From Eledone cirrhosa (lineage: Eukaryota), in NCBI GenBank assembly GCA_964016885.1, contig OZ024760.1:20832001-20896000 (forward strand): a stretch of DNA of 64,000 nucleotides, in the 5' to 3' direction. The position numbers and the translations under genes were made by a program. The notes under the pieces were generated by a model, which was not told the origin of the DNA, searched no databases, and saw only the letters and a list, made by a program, of their open reading frames with translations. Of this stretch, positions 63,048 through 64,000 are shown piece by piece; within the stretch, counting starts at the first letter, position 1, and the number at the start of each line of letters is the position of its first letter.

Positions 63048-63556
63048 GCACAAGAGATGCACCTTGTGTGTGTGTGTGTATGTGTGTGTGAACGCAATGA
63101 AAAAAAAAACAAACTAGATCTTGTACTTACGCTTGAAAAATTAACAGCAATCCATTCCATGTAAACCACTATATACTCACCTGAGCAACTGCAGGGTGAG
63201 CAATCTACACAGGTAGATATATAGGTAGGTTTATAACCTGCTAAACTTACCTGTTGCTGACATGTCACCCAGTAAACTTACCTTTTACCTGCATGTTAAC
63301 ACACATATAATGATATGTAACACAATATGAGACCAATGTAAAATAAACGGAAAAAATATAATACCCAAGACCAAAAAAGTAAAGCCAATTGCAAGGGGGA
63401 GAAATGGGGGTTAATGAAATTAATTACATGCAGTGTGGGGTTAATTACATGCTGTGTGGGGTTAATTAAAGCCAGGGGAGTCACAGACAGTATAAGCAAT
63501 GGGTCATATACAATGGATGGACATGTATGGAGCCACCACCTACTGAGTAGTTATAG

Positions 63557-64000
63557 GGACACTGTGACATGAGGAGAGACTATGGCACAGTGATACACTG
63601 ACATGGTGGCACTGTGACATGAGGGGACATTATGGCACAGTGACACTATGACACGGTGGCACTATGTCACAGTGACACTGTGACATGAGGAGAGACTATG
63701 GCACAATGACACTGACATGGTGGCACTGTGACATGAGGGGACACTATGGCACAGTGACACTATGACACGGTGGCACTATGTCACAGTGACACTGTGACAT
63801 GAGGAGAGACTATGGCACAATGACACTGACATGGTGGCACTGTGACATGAGGGGACACTATGGCACAGTGACACTATGACACGGTGGCACTGTGACATGA
63901 GGGGACACTATGGCACAGTGACACTATGACACGGTGGCACTATGTCACAGTGACACTGTGACACGAGGGGACACTATGGCACAGTGACACTATGACACGG
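63557..64000. repeat. Complex minisatellite of GACACTATG/GGCACAGT/GTGACAT subunits (runs off the window)
   Basis: Recurrent GGGGACACTATGGCACAGTGACACTATGACACGGTGGCACT. Confidence 0.9.

Overview
Eukaryotic, AT-rich, repeat-dense genomic DNA. The SINE/LINE repertoire and microsatellites look like an octopod cephalopod (inference). Most of the window is one minus-strand gene, an LRP1/LRP1B-type LDL-receptor-related protein. I traced 25 GT-AG exons by hand from 49101 down to 1, all phase-compatible: LDLa - 2 EGF - YWTD propeller - EGF - propeller - EGF - 8 LDLa (cluster II) - 2 EGF - start of propeller 3. The gene runs off the left edge, and its 5' exon(s) were not found in 49102-64000. Nearly all ORFs in the supplied track are artefacts of repeats. 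The introns hold two tRNA-derived SINE families, RTE and other LINE fragments, a Tc1/mariner MITE and about 20 tandem arrays, many grown from TE pieces or from an exon/splice-donor junction. The most striking unannotated signal is a dense set of short, often fold-back elements sitting in (TA)n tracts. They carry minimal type-I hammerhead ribozyme folds: 7 with complete core motifs and about 7 degenerate, from several families, many on the LRP1 pre-mRNA strand. A Penelope-like RT fragment in a perfect hairpin points to their origin. All folds were read by eye; no activity is demonstrated.
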